DNA of 20,000 nucleotides from Chiloscyllium plagiosum (Eukaryota): positions 47,801,790 to 47,821,789 of the forward strand of contig NC_057718.1 of NCBI RefSeq assembly GCF_004010195.1, read 5' to 3'. The notes under the pieces were generated by a model. It had not been told where the DNA came from, did no database searches, and saw nothing but the letters and a program-made list of their open reading frames with translations. Made by a program: the position numbers and the translations under genes. Of this stretch, positions 9,585 to 20,000 are shown in pieces (positions within the stretch are counted from its first letter, which is position 1; each line of letters starts with the position of its first letter).

Positions 9585-11485
9585 AAGACATACAGCACAA
9601 AAACAGACCCTTCGGTTCAACTCATCCACTCCAACCACAGATCCCAATCTGACCTGATCCTATTTGGCCTACAATCTTTCTGAACCCTTCCTATTCATGC
9701 ATCGATTCAAATGTCTTTTAAATTTTTCTTTGTACCTGCCTCCACCACTTCCTCTGGCAATTGATTCGATATACACACCACCCTGTATGAAAAACTTGAC
9801 CCTCAAATCCTTTTTAAATCTTCCCCCTCTCACCCCAAACTAAAGCGCTCTCATTCTGCGCCATTCTAGGAAAAAGACCTTAGGTATTCACCCTATCCAC
9901 ACCACTCATGATTTGAGGTCACCCCTCAGCCTCAGACTCTCCAGTAAACAGAGCCCAAGCCTATTCACTCTCCCTATTGCTCAAACCATCCAATCCCAGC
10001 AACATCCTTGTAAATCTTTTTTTAATAACACCTCAAGTATAACAACGCCCTTCCAAATAGAAAGGTGATCAGATTTGTACGCAGTACTCTAAAAGTGGTC
10101 TCACATATCCTGTGTAGCTACAACATGGCATCCCAAATCCTATACTCAATGCACTAATCAATGAAGGCAAGTGTGTCAATTGCCTTTTCACTACCCTAAC
10201 TGCGAATCCACTTTCAAGGAATTATGTACCTGCATCCTAAAGTCTCTTTGTTCAGCAACACTTCCCAGGGCCTTATCATTAACTGTTTTAAGTCCTACCC
10301 TGGTTTGCCTCACCAAAATGCAACACCCGACCTTTAAACTAAATTAAAATCCAACTGCCATTCCTTGGCACATCAGTTCATCTGATCAAGGTTCCATTGT
10401 ACCTGACATAACCTTCTTCACTGTCCACTGCATGACCAATTTTGGTGTAATCTGCAAACTGACTAACGATTCCTCTTAGATTCACATCCAAAGCATTTAT
10501 AAAAATGACAACAAGTAGTGGACCTAGTGATCTTCATGGCACACCGCTGGTCACAGTCCAAAAAAAATCCCACCTTTACTAATTTTAAATCCAAATCCCT
10601 AGGTTGCAGGTGATCTAACCTTGCTGATGAAGCTCCTGATGAAAGGTTCTCATCTGAAACGTCAATTCCCCTTCTCCTCTGATGCTGCTTGACCTGCTAT
10701 GGTTTTTCCAGTTCCATTCTTTATCCAACCTTGCTAATGAGTCTACCACCTTGAGCCTTCTCGAATGCCTTACTGAAGTCAATATAGGCAAATGTTCAGT
10801 GCTCTACTTTCACGAATCTTCTTTGTTATCTCTTCAAAAAACTCTATTGAGTTCAGAGACACAACTTCCTATGCACAAAACCATGTTGACTATCCCTAAT
10901 CAGTCCTTGCCTTTCCAAATATACGTAAAGCTTATCCCTCAGAATCCCCTCCAACAACCTATTCACCACGGATCTCAGGCTCACCGGCGTATAGTTCCCT
11001 GGCTTTTCCTTATCATCTTTCTTAAATAATGACACCACAATCAGTCTTCCAGCACCTCACTCATAGCTATCGATGATACAAACATCTCAGCAAGGTGTCC
11101 AGCAATCACTTCCCTCGCTTCCCACAAAATTCTAGGATACACCTGATCGAGTCTGAGGGATTTATCCACCTTTATGCATTTTAAGATGTTCAGCACAACC
11201 TCTTCTGTAATATGGATACTTTTAAGATATTGGGATGCTTTTCAAGAGATTGCTATTTATTTCTCCAAGTTCTCTCGCTTCCATATCTTTATCTACAGTA
11301 AATATGGACATAAATAATTTGTTTGGTGTCTGACTGATCTCCTGCTGTTCCAATGCAGTACTCTCTCCCTAGTTACTCTTTTGCCAGTAATGTGTTTGCA
11401 GAATCTCTCTGGATTCTCTTTAACCCTATTTGCAAAAGTTATCTCATGGCCCCTTTTGCCCTCCTGATGTCCCTCTTGATTATAT
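9585..11485 (-). mobile_element. CR1-clade LINE ORF2 and 3' end, decayed, interrupted at 10631-10726
   Basis: FANRVKENPERFCKHI, VSLFKKDDKEKPGNYTPVSL, LIRDSQHGFV and a FADYTKIG remnant near 10440-10460 on minus; colinear with 17897-18848. Confidence 0.9.
10631..10726 (+). mobile_element. Short Penelope-like terminal fragment with degenerate hammerhead, nested in CR1
   Basis: CTGATGA 10636-42 ... GAAACGTC 10656-63. Flanked by AACCTTGCT(G/A)ATGA at 10617-10630 and 10727-10740, a sequence present once in the uninterrupted CR1 copy near 18820-18840. Confidence 0.75.
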
Positions 11486-11589
11486 TTTCTTCCTAATTTG
11501 ACACATGATTCAGAGAATTGCAATCATGGCACAGAATATTTAAAACAGAATAACCTGGAAGACATAAATAAAAACCTGCCTCACATATT

Positions 11590-11670
11590 TTCTTTCTCCC
11601 TCTCACCTTAAACCGAAGCCCTGGAGTATTTAAAATTTCCACCCTATCTCTGCCTCTCATACTTCTTAGA
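11590..11670 (-). mobile_element. Small CR1 3' fragment
   Basis: Minus strand MRGRDRVE..TPGLRFKVRGRK, matching CR1 C-terminal TRGHRFRVRGER at 17972-18193. Confidence 0.5.
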
Positions 11671-12801
11671 CAACTGCAAGTGTGCGTATACACAGTAATT
11701 CTCAACATCAGACTAAACCACAAGTGTTACTTTAAACATACTGAAATATGCTCAATTATATTTCTGCTAGTTGGCCACAAGGAAAGGCACTTGTCACACA
11801 AATCTAATACAGCCAACTTGAAATAAAGACAGCCCCAGATGCTTGCAAAGAATGAACTAACTATGACTACTATCATAAAATCAGGCTGTCTTGCATGATA
11901 GTCTGCTATGTTCTTGAACAAACTGGATATCGATTTGAAAGGAACGACTTTCTATGAAAGGTGATGCCAGGATTAATTCAGTTCTGCAGCAAAAAAAAAA
12001 GAGAAACATAGTGTCGAAATATGGTCTTGTGGAAGAAAGCAATTACCTGTAAAACCATGTCAGTCATTGAGAGGATCAATGCATGCTGCAACTTAAATTT
12101 TAAATTTAAAATAATTATTTAATCATCTTTTATCAGACAATTGTTCGATATTTTGATCAGAGATGACTTAGTAAAACTACTACAGACAAGCTTGAGTTAA
12201 AACACTCCACAGCATTTGTAAGGTTATCTTGACACAGCATAGCTAGGAACAAAATTCATCCAGCAAAGTTATCAAACACAGGTAACAATGAAAGGTGATT
12301 GTGCACCAGCCATGACAAAATCTCATCAATTCAGGGTCAATTTGGCATACATTAAAATCAGAAACACAAGAGACATGGGGAAGGGCAGGGAGCTCATACT
12401 GTTCAAATGTAATACTGTTAAAGTGACTGCTTTGACTTAGTATTATCAAAATGCCTCCCCACTATCGTTGTTACATGATTTGATTACACAGTCCTGATGC
12501 AGTTATTATACATTCCTTGTAACTAAGCCTCCCTACAGATTTGTGTAACAATAAACAAACAAACAGTCACCAGCAGGACGGTAAAATCTGTATATTATGC
12601 AAATAAGTTAGTTCCAACTTGTGATTAGCCAGGTTTCCATTTCAGAAAATTTGAATTAGAACATGGAACAGCAAATATGTTAAAATACATAAAGTTTTGA
12701 AGAAGTAAGACAAATCAGTTTATATACATAATTTTAATGCAGTAAAAGCAAGGGTAAAGTTATATTGGAAAATGCCATTTAAAAATAAAATTTAAATGGA
12801 A

Positions 12802-12807
12802 TTTATT
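12802..12807 (-). promoter_or_regulatory. Candidate DTL polyadenylation signal AATAAA (alternative at 13107-13112)
   Basis: Plus-strand tttatt is AATAAA on minus, ~520 nt past the stop, followed by U-rich minus-strand sequence. The region is AT-rich, so a chance match is possible. Confidence 0.45.
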
Positions 12808-13328
12808 TTATAAACACTTGTAAAAGCAAAACAAGTTACCAGATTATTTCAGCACTCAACCATTGACTAGCTAATTACAGGAATTTTGATTTTGCCCATC
12901 GTCCTTTTTTTTCCCTGTGATTGCTTATTTCACAATACTGAAATTAGCATTGCTTTTAATACAATTGTATACCTACAAAAATCCATTGGCATCGATCTGT
13001 ACAGGAACAAGGCACAAGGCTTTGCATCTCTAGTATGGTGCTTTAATGTTAGTAGCTATTTGGTTATCAGAAGATGATTTCTTACCTAGCTCGGTGGAGG
13101 ATTTTTTTTATTGGGGAAGAAAATGAAAATTGGAAGCAAATGGTTAAAAATTAGGAGTACTAACCCAGTTTTACTGACAAACTAATTGAAAAAAACTACA
13201 CCATCACAGATGGCATAGACAGGCTAAGCTGCACAATGAAGACAAGTGTTCTATCAAGAATACTGCAAGGTCATAATGCAGCACGAATTGAAGTCAATAA
13301 ATTGTCCATTCTCAGCAGTACAACGTGG

Positions 13329-13385
13329 TCAGTCAGATGGCTTCTGTTGAAAATATGAAGAGATCTTGCGTGTTGAAGCTTGAGT
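13329..13385 (-). CDS. DTL: DTL/CDT2 terminal coding exon with PIP box
   Basis: Acceptor ctttttttttattcaatag, then TQASTRKISSYFQQKPSD* in phase 0; stop TGA at 13331-13329. RKISSYF corresponds to the human CDT2 PIP box MRKICTYF (recalled). Confidence 0.9.
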   Translation of the reverse strand, partial: TQASTRKISSYFQQKPSD

Positions 13386-13734
13386 CTATTGAATAAAAAA
13401 AAAGTTTATTGTTACAAACTTTGCCAAACAGCAGTGCAATTTCATGGGGTAAGAGTTTGTACATGGAAGGGAAATTAATCACCATGTGTCTTGCTTTGAA
13501 GTCATCAGTTAAAATGGAGCATATCAACAATATCAGCAAATTGATTTGACTGGGACAAAGCACATAAGGGTTTCAGCAGTTTATATTCAGATGCAGATGC
13601 AGAAGCAACAGTGTGGTTTGGGCAGACAGAAGTGATTTGCCATTAAAGAACAAGGGAATGGCACAATCAACATCCTGGAGGTTATTAAAGAACAGAACTG
13701 TACCAGCCATATTAATAGTGACTACAAGAGCAGG

Positions 13735-14492
13735 TTAGTGGCTGGCAATTCTGCATTGAATAACCTGACTCGTTTGCACCATTTGAAAGGCACAAGTTAT
13801 GAGTGTGATACAACGCTCTCCACTTGCCTGGATGAATGAAGCTGCAACCACACTCAAGAAGCTGAACATAATTTAGGGCAAAACTTAATTTGCATCCCAT
13901 CCACTTAATCACAGAATTATTGCAGTGCAGAAGGCTGTACAGCCCAGCACACCTGCACCAGCATTCTGGAGGAGTGATTCATTTAATTCTGTCCTCTCAC
14001 CTTCTCCCTGCAGCTTGAATGTTATCATTTGTAAGGGAACAGTCTACTTTCCTTTTGAAAGCTTCAGTTGAACCAGTCTTCTCCAAACACTCAGGTGTTG
14101 CAATCCAGACTGTAACCACGCTCTTTATGAAAGTTCTCACATTGGTTTTGCCTAATAATTTGTTTCTTCCACCACTACATGATGGCAGCAGCATGAACCA
14201 TCTACAAGCTGCAAATGCAGTTCATCAAAGCTCCCCCCAATTCCATAACCGCGACCGCCAGAAGAACAAGGAAGCACCATCACCTGCAAGCTTCCTTCCA
14301 AGGTTCATAAAGTCTGACTTAGAAACAGATCAGTATTTCTTAAATTTAGTCAAAACCTGGGAACACCCTCCCCAACACTGAGTATATCCACTGGGAGGTG
14401 GCTCACAACCATCTTTTCAAAGTCAATTAGAAATGGGCAATAAATATCACTCTTGCCAGTGACACCCATATTACATAAATAAATAAAAAAAA
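13735..14492 (+). mobile_element. Second LINE family (Jockey/CR1-L2 group) 3' part, split by a CR1 fragment
   Basis: KAQVMSVIQRSPLAWMNEAATTLKKLNII remnant at ~13785-13875. The 14170-14492 segment matches 18960-19292 and ends in taaataaataaaaaaaa. Confidence 0.65.
13910..14165 (-). mobile_element. Old CR1 3' fragment nested in the second LINE family element
   Basis: Minus strand FIKSVVTVWIATPECLEKTGSTEAFKRKVD, like CR1 FTQRVVCVWNELPEEVVEAGTIATLKRHLD. Confidence 0.65.
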
Positions 14493-14984
14493 GTAATTGC
14501 CCTAAGGAACTCTGCTTCCTTTGTGCTTGTGATTTAATTAAAAATATAAAGGAGAAAAAGGCTGCGCATACACATGGTGAACTACATGAAAGACATATCG
14601 GAATAATGCATTCCAGAATTCTTTACTCTTAATATTTCCGAGGAAGAGGAAATGCAATCGTGAAAGAAGCTCGAGCTAATTCTGAGTGACTGGCAAGTTT
14701 TTTTTAAACCCCTCTAAGGTGCTATTAATTTGGATTCTTAAATGTGCAGACAGCATTTGGAAAAGGGTATCATTAGTAGCAGTGAATTATGAATAAATAA
14801 AAGGAAGAAACCCCCATGCAGGATTATGATATTAAGAGTTTCAAGTAGCAAACTGGACAATGAAGAGCAATTTCAAACAAAAACAACAGTAATTTTTGAA
14901 AGTTGACCAAAGCTAAAAACCTAATGGGAGTATTGGAAGCCTGAAACTCGAACATGCTGAAGTGTTTTGAAATTGACTCATGTG

Positions 14985-15760
14985 ACATGGAATCGCTGGC
15001 TGGGCCAGCATTTATTGCACATCTCTAGTTACCTTGAGAAGGTGATGTTAAGTTGCCTTCTTCAACCAGTGCTGTCGGTAGATCCACAATGCCGCTGGGG
15101 AAGGAATTCCAGGATTTTGACTAAGTGATATTGAAAGAACAGTGATGTATTTTAAAGTCAGGATGAAAAGCAGCTTGGAGGGGAACATGCAGTGGTGCTA
15201 CCCTTTTCCTTTTAGATGGAAGTGGTCGTGGGTTTGGAAGGTGCTGCTGAAGGCTGCTTGATGAACTTCTGCAGTGCATCCTATAAATAGTGCACATTGC
15301 TGCTACTGAGCATCAGTGGTGGAAGAAGTGGATGCTTATGGTGCCAGTCAAGCAAGCTGCTTTGTCCTGGATAGTTTCAAGCTTCCTTAGAGAGTTGTTA
15401 GAGTTGCATTCATCCAAACAAGTGAGGAGCATTCCATCACAATCCTGACATGTCCCTTATCATAAATGGACAAACGCTGGGGAGTCAGGAGGTGAGTTAC
15501 TCACTACTGTATTCCTAGCCTCTGACCTGCTCTAGTAGCCACTGTGTCATTGAGAAGGTGCTGCGTGATAGCACTGTTGATGACACCTTCCATCACTTTA
15601 CTGATGATGAAGAGTAGACTAATTGGGTAACAGTTGACCACATTGGAGTTGTCCTGCTTTTTGTGCACAGGATAGACCTGGGCAATTTTCCACATTGTTG
15701 GGTAGCTGCCCCACCCAGAGTACATTCTGTGCCATTGCCACAGAGAGTACTCCAGCAATG
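14985..15760 (-). mobile_element. Second LINE family, internally deleted copy
   Basis: WKIAQVYPVHKKQDNSNVVNCYPISLLFIISKVMEGVIN (early reverse transcriptase region) fused directly to VATRAGQRLGI (post-RT); reverse-complement similarity to 13735-13900. Confidence 0.75.
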
Positions 15761-15859
15761 GCCTAACCTGTGTACAGTTCTGGTCTTCTCATTACAGGGA
15801 GGATGTGATTCACCAGGATGTTGTCTGGGATGGAGCAAGTTAGATAAGAAGAGAGATTG

Positions 15860-16262
15860 CTGAGGCATAGGTTGTTTTCTTTAGAGCGGAGAAGGCTGAG
15901 GGGGCACCAGATTGAGATGTATAAGATTATGAAGAGCATGGACAGGGTGAATAGAAAGTGGCTCTTCCCATTAGTTGCAAGGTAAATAATAAGGCATGGT
16001 TTTCAGGTAAAAGGCAGGGGTTTGGAGGGGATTTGAGGAAATTTTTTTTGTTAACCCACAATGTGGTGGGAATCTGAAATGAACTGCCTGGGAGGGTAGT
16101 TGAGGCAGGAAACCTCACAACCTTTAAGTATGAGTACTTGAAACATCGTAACATTCACAGAAATGGGCCAGGTGCAAGAAAGTGGGATCAGTGGACAGAA
16201 TGTTGGTGCAGATTATATAGGTCAAGAACCTCTTTTGTGTTGCATGACTCTATGACTTTAGA
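15860..16262 (+). mobile_element. CR1 3' fragment ending ~30 nt from the DTL splice donor
   Basis: LFSLERRRLRG..IEMYKIMK remnant and terminal gactctatgact. Confidence 0.8.
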
Positions 16263-16295
16263 ATCCAGTACAGAGCACTGCAGTAAATAACTTAC

Positions 16296-17125
16296 CGGTG
16301 AGCCTGTTGTAGTCCGATCTTCCGGTTTTTTTAGCGGTGGACTCTGTGAGGATGTAGGAGTGTTGGATGATCTCCCCATCCTAATGTTCATTTCAGTTTT
16401 CTGTTTGTCTCCCAGGTCTGTAAGCCAGTTTGACTTTTGAGGAGAACTGTTTTCTTTGTCGAGCATCTCAGGTTTCTGGCTGCACTGAAACTTGCAGACA
16501 GACGAAGTAGCTGGACTGGGGAAACAGCTTGCCAAACTTACGTTTTCTACAGTGTTACATTCAAAGCTTTTCATCTCTGTATCTTCTGTGCACTTATTCA
16601 ATGGGTTTTTCCTACTGTGCTCCTTTGAGCAAAAGATGCTTGCTTTGCATCTTTTAGAAACAGGGCTCATTCCTGTGACAACACTGTTGTCTTCATTCTT
16701 CCCATTGTTCATTACTGACGCATCACTTGTGTCCAATCTCCTTTTAACTTTCTTCTGTCGAACCTGGTTATTTATAGTGGTGACTTTTGATTGACTTTGT
16801 TCAACTGGAACCAACACACCCCTGGGTGAAGTATCAGGGACGTCAGGGGGAGAGGTGGGAGTGCTGAGGCTCTTTACAATCCAATTTGTGATCGACATTT
16901 TCCCAGAGGCTGAATTTGGAGAAGTTGAACTTGTCTGAGCCAGCTGACGTGATCTACAGTTCTTGCCCAATGCCCTTTGAGCTGCAGAGGTGGGTGTGCT
17001 GGAAGAGAGAGGCAGACCTCCAGAGATGTTTGGGGCACATGCAGCGTGCTGTGGTGATAGCAGCTTTGGACCTTCTATCACTGGTGCTTTCGGAGGAGTA
17101 TCGTGTCTTGATTGAATGACAGCAT
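16296..17125 (-). CDS. DTL: DTL/CDT2 large penultimate coding exon (S/T/P-rich C-terminal region)
   Basis: 830 nt without stops (overlaps track ORF 16188..17081). Acceptor ttttgctttaaccag (AG 17127-17126), donor GTAAGT 16295-16290. Motifs TPPKAP, AACAP..GLPLSSSTPT, KMSITNWI, VKRRLD, KENSSP..NWL match recalled vertebrate CDT2 motifs. Phase 1 in (G|AT=Asp), phase 0 out. Confidence 0.95.
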
Positions 17126-17896
17126 CTGGTTAAAGCAAAATTTTAAAACTTACTAAGATTTAATATTTGAAAATTAACATAGAAACTGTCACTTAAATAT
17201 GCTAATAAATAAACTTTACTGCCAACTTTATCATTTTATCAAAACAAAAATCCTACTATGTACCTCTAAGTCCATAAGCATTTTGAATATTGATACCAAC
17301 TTGTACAAATTGGTGGCAAAACTCAACTTTGCTGTCACAACAATTCATAACATAATTGAAATTGGTTAGAAAGACTTTCTCTATGCATTTCCATATTCAT
17401 ATTGTCAGTTTAGCTTGGCAAGTTACAATATATCGTCCCAACTGAATGTTCACAAATTCAGCATTTAATGCTTCATTTCTGTCAAATGATTATGTCAAAC
17501 ACTTCTCTCTCCGTGGCAAATAGTAATCTAAACCACGTTGCAATCAAGAACAGAATTAAGGTACAAGCAGCTCTGAGACTGAAAAGCCTCATTGTCATGA
17601 TGGTGTCTAAGTTACTTAATAATAGAAAAAAATAATTTGTGGTAAAAACACACAAAAGTGGAAAAGTACAGGAAATAAGACAGCATATGAAGGAGAAAGA
17701 CAAGTTAAGTACTTTCAGAACAGTGCTACTTAGTCTAAAGGGTCACTACGAAAGCATTAATCTAGTTTTCTCTTTCATGTGCTAAATAACCTGCAGTGTT
17801 ACAAGTAGTATCTATTTTAGAAGTTTTGAAAAAACTTACGTTTAGCACCATTGCCCAGACAATATCAGTGTTCTTTTATCCCATACAGGGTTATTG

Positions 17897-18848
17897 AGTC
17901 ATAGAGATATACAGCGCAGAAACAGTCCCTTCGGCCAACCCGTTCATGCCGACCAGATATCCCAACCCAATCTAGTCCCACCTGCCAGCACCCAGCCCAT
18001 ATCCCTCCAAACCCTTCCTATTCATATACACATCCAAATGCCTCTTCAATGTTGCAATTGTACCAGCCTCCACAACTTCCTCTGGCAGCTCATTCCATAC
18101 ACATACCACCCTCTGCGTGAAAACGTTGCCCCATAGGTCTCTTTTATATCTTTCCCCTCTCACCCTAAACCTATGCCCTCTAGTCCCTTTCAAGTTTCAC
18201 AACATCTTTCCGATAGGAAGGAGACCAGAATTCCACGCAATATTCCAACGGTGGCCTAACCGATGTCCTGTACAGCCGCAACATGACCACCCAACTCCTG
18301 TACTCCATACTCTGACCAATAAAGGAAAGCATACCAAACACCTTCTTCACTATCCTACCTACCTGCGACTCCACTTTCAAGGAGCTATGAACCTGCAATC
18401 CAAGGTCTCTTCGTTCAGCAACACTCCCGAGGACCTTACCATGAAGTGTATAAGTCCTGCGAAGATTTGCTTTCCCAAAATGCAGCACCTCGCATTTATC
18501 TGAATTAAACTCCATCTGCCACTTCTCAGCCCATTAGCCCAGCTGGGCCAAATCCTGTTGTAATCTGAGGTAACCCTCTTCGCTGTCCACTACACCTCCA
18601 ATTATGGTGTCATCTGCAAACTTACTAACTGTACCTCTTATGCTCGCATCCAAATCATTTATGTAAATGACAAAGTAGAGAGCCCAGCACCGATCCTTGT
18701 GGCACTCCACTGGTCACAGGCCTCCAGTCTGAAAAACAACCCTCCACCACCACCCTCTGACTTCTACCTTTGAGCCAATTCTGTATCCAAATGGTTAGTT
18801 CTCCCTGTATCCTGTGAGATCTAACCTTGCTAATCAGTTTCCCATGGG
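17897..18848 (-). mobile_element. Relatively young 5'-truncated CR1 in DTL intron, with ~190-nt internal deletion
   Basis: MEFNSDKCEVLHFGKANLRRTY...YRKDVVKLER joined at ~18185 to TRGHRFRVRGER; SKFADDT motif; tail tctctatgactc. Possible degenerate TSD gggttattgagtcata/gggttgatgagttata (13/16). Confidence 0.92.
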
Positions 18849-18889
18849 TTGATGAGTTATATTTCTGTGGTCATGTATACATACATGAA

Positions 18890-19292
18890 CAACATCTTAG
18901 GGGTTACTATTGATCAGAAACTAAACTAGACCAGGCTAATGCACAATGACAGCAATAGATACACCGTCTACAAGATGCACAACAACAATTAACCAAGACA
19001 CCTTAAGCAGCACCTTTCAAACTTGCAACATCTTCAATGACAAGGGCAACAGATGCATGGGAGCACCTGCATGTCTCCTTCCAAATAATATCCCTTCCGG
19101 ACAATACTGTTCTTTCACTGACACTGGGTCAAAATCCTAGAACTCCCCATGGGACTGTGGGTGTACCGACACTCCATGAATTGCAGTGGTTCAAAAATGC
19201 GGTTCAAAGCCACCTTCAAGGGCAGTTAGGAATGAGCAATGAATGGTGGTGTAGTCAGTAACATTTACATCTCATAAAGGAGTAAATAAAAA
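18890..19292 (+). mobile_element. Second LINE family 3' fragment
   Basis: NILGVTIDQKLN remnant, then a 3' region similar to 14170-14492 ending taaataaaaa. Confidence 0.65.
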
Positions 19293-19361
19293 CTGTTAAA
19301 ATCATGCTACTACCATACAGAAAACTGTGTTCTCAAATTCCTTATGCACCTCTTTTCTCAC

Positions 19362-19476
19362 CTTTCTCAAAGTGCTTCTTCTGGCATGCAGTTCCCACCA
19401 AATCAGACCTTGCCACACCAGTTTTTCGAACAAGGCGCCATATTCGGACAGTATTGTCATCAGAACATGTGGCAAT
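19362..19476 (-). CDS. DTL: DTL/CDT2 antepenultimate coding exon (end of last WD40 repeat and linker)
   Basis: Minus strand reads IATCSDDNTVRIWRLVRKTGVARSDLVGTACQKKHFEK plus 1 nt, resembling human DTL IATCSDDNTLKIWRL...VGWASQKK (recalled). Acceptor tccctgcctccttttag, donor GTGAGA. 115 nt, ends in phase 1, matching the next exon. Confidence 0.93.
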
Positions 19477-19622
19477 CTAAAAGGAGGCAGGGATACAATT
19501 AGTACTCCAAAATGTTTGAAGCATTGTGATGTATAGATGTGCACAAGAGGGTTTGAGCAGAAAGTCCTCTTATTTTAGCATCTAAGAACTGACCTTCACA
19601 ATTATTCATTTTAGCTATTACA

Positions 19623-20000
19623 ATGGTTAGGAACATGGGACTGGGATATCATAGCAATTATGGAAATATGGCTCAGGGATGGACAGGACTGGCAGCTTAA
19701 TGTTACAGGATACAAATGCTACAGGAAGGATAGAAAGGGAGGCAAGAGAGGAGGGGGCGTGGCATTTTTGATAAGGGATAGCATTGCAGCTGTGCTGAGG
19801 GAGGATATTCCCAGAAATACATTCAGGGAAGTTATTTGGGTGAAACTGAGAAATAAGAAAGGGATGATCACCTTATTGGGATTGTATTATAGACCCCCTA
19901 ATCGTCAGAGGGAAATTGAGAAACAAACTTGTAAGGAGATCTCAGCTATCTGTAAGAATAATAGAGTAGTTATGGTAGGGGATTTTAACTTTCCAAACAT
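19623..20000 (+). mobile_element. CR1 ORF2 endonuclease region, 5'-truncated, runs off the right edge
   Basis: 125 stop-free codons WLGTWDWDIIAIMEIWLRDGQDWQLNV...GGGVAFLIRD...YYRPPN...MVGDFNFPN; reverse complement homologous to 719-1097. Confidence 0.92.

Noticed and set aside
13333..13563. 76-aa minus ORF
   Set aside because: Wrong frame over the DTL last exon and intron.
16188..16295. C-terminal extension VSYLLQCSV... of the 297-aa ORF
   Set aside because: Begins at a perfect GTAAGT donor and runs into a CR1 tail; intronic.
17733..17820. Possible very old Penelope-like remnant
   Set aside because: Too degenerate; no CTGANGA core, so not listed as a feature.
19302..19544. 80-aa minus ORF and 69-aa plus ORF
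   Set aside because: Wrong frame or strand over the real DTL exon 19362-19476.
1..20000. Prokaryotic systems (CRISPR, operons, retrons) or an intact autonomous retroelement
   Set aside because: Spliced vertebrate gene, no repeat-spacer array, and all visible reverse transcriptase copies are broken.

Overview
Vertebrate genomic DNA, most likely elasmobranch (shark; inferred from the CR1/HER1-type LINE, HE1-like SINE and Penelope-like repeats). The right third holds the last three coding exons of DTL/CDT2 on the minus strand (19362-19476, 16296-17125, 13329-13385). They splice in frame to 333 aa plus stop: end of the WD40 propeller, S/T-P-rich tail with KEN motif, and a C-terminal PIP box. The ORF track misses or mis-frames two of them. 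The rest is mostly decayed retroelements: many CR1-clade LINE fragments (one keeps an SGNH/GDSL-esterase ORF1), a second LINE family and a SINE fragment. The most interesting signal is a set of tiny ORF-less Penelope-like insertions with minimal hammerhead ribozyme motifs and ~14-bp target-site duplications: a 94-bp near-perfect foldback with a hammerhead on each strand (6086-6323), a collapsed sister copy (2201-2333) and a second-family copy nested in a CR1 (10631-10726). Most short ORFs in the track are LINE fragments or noise. Repeat boundaries are by eye and approximate.
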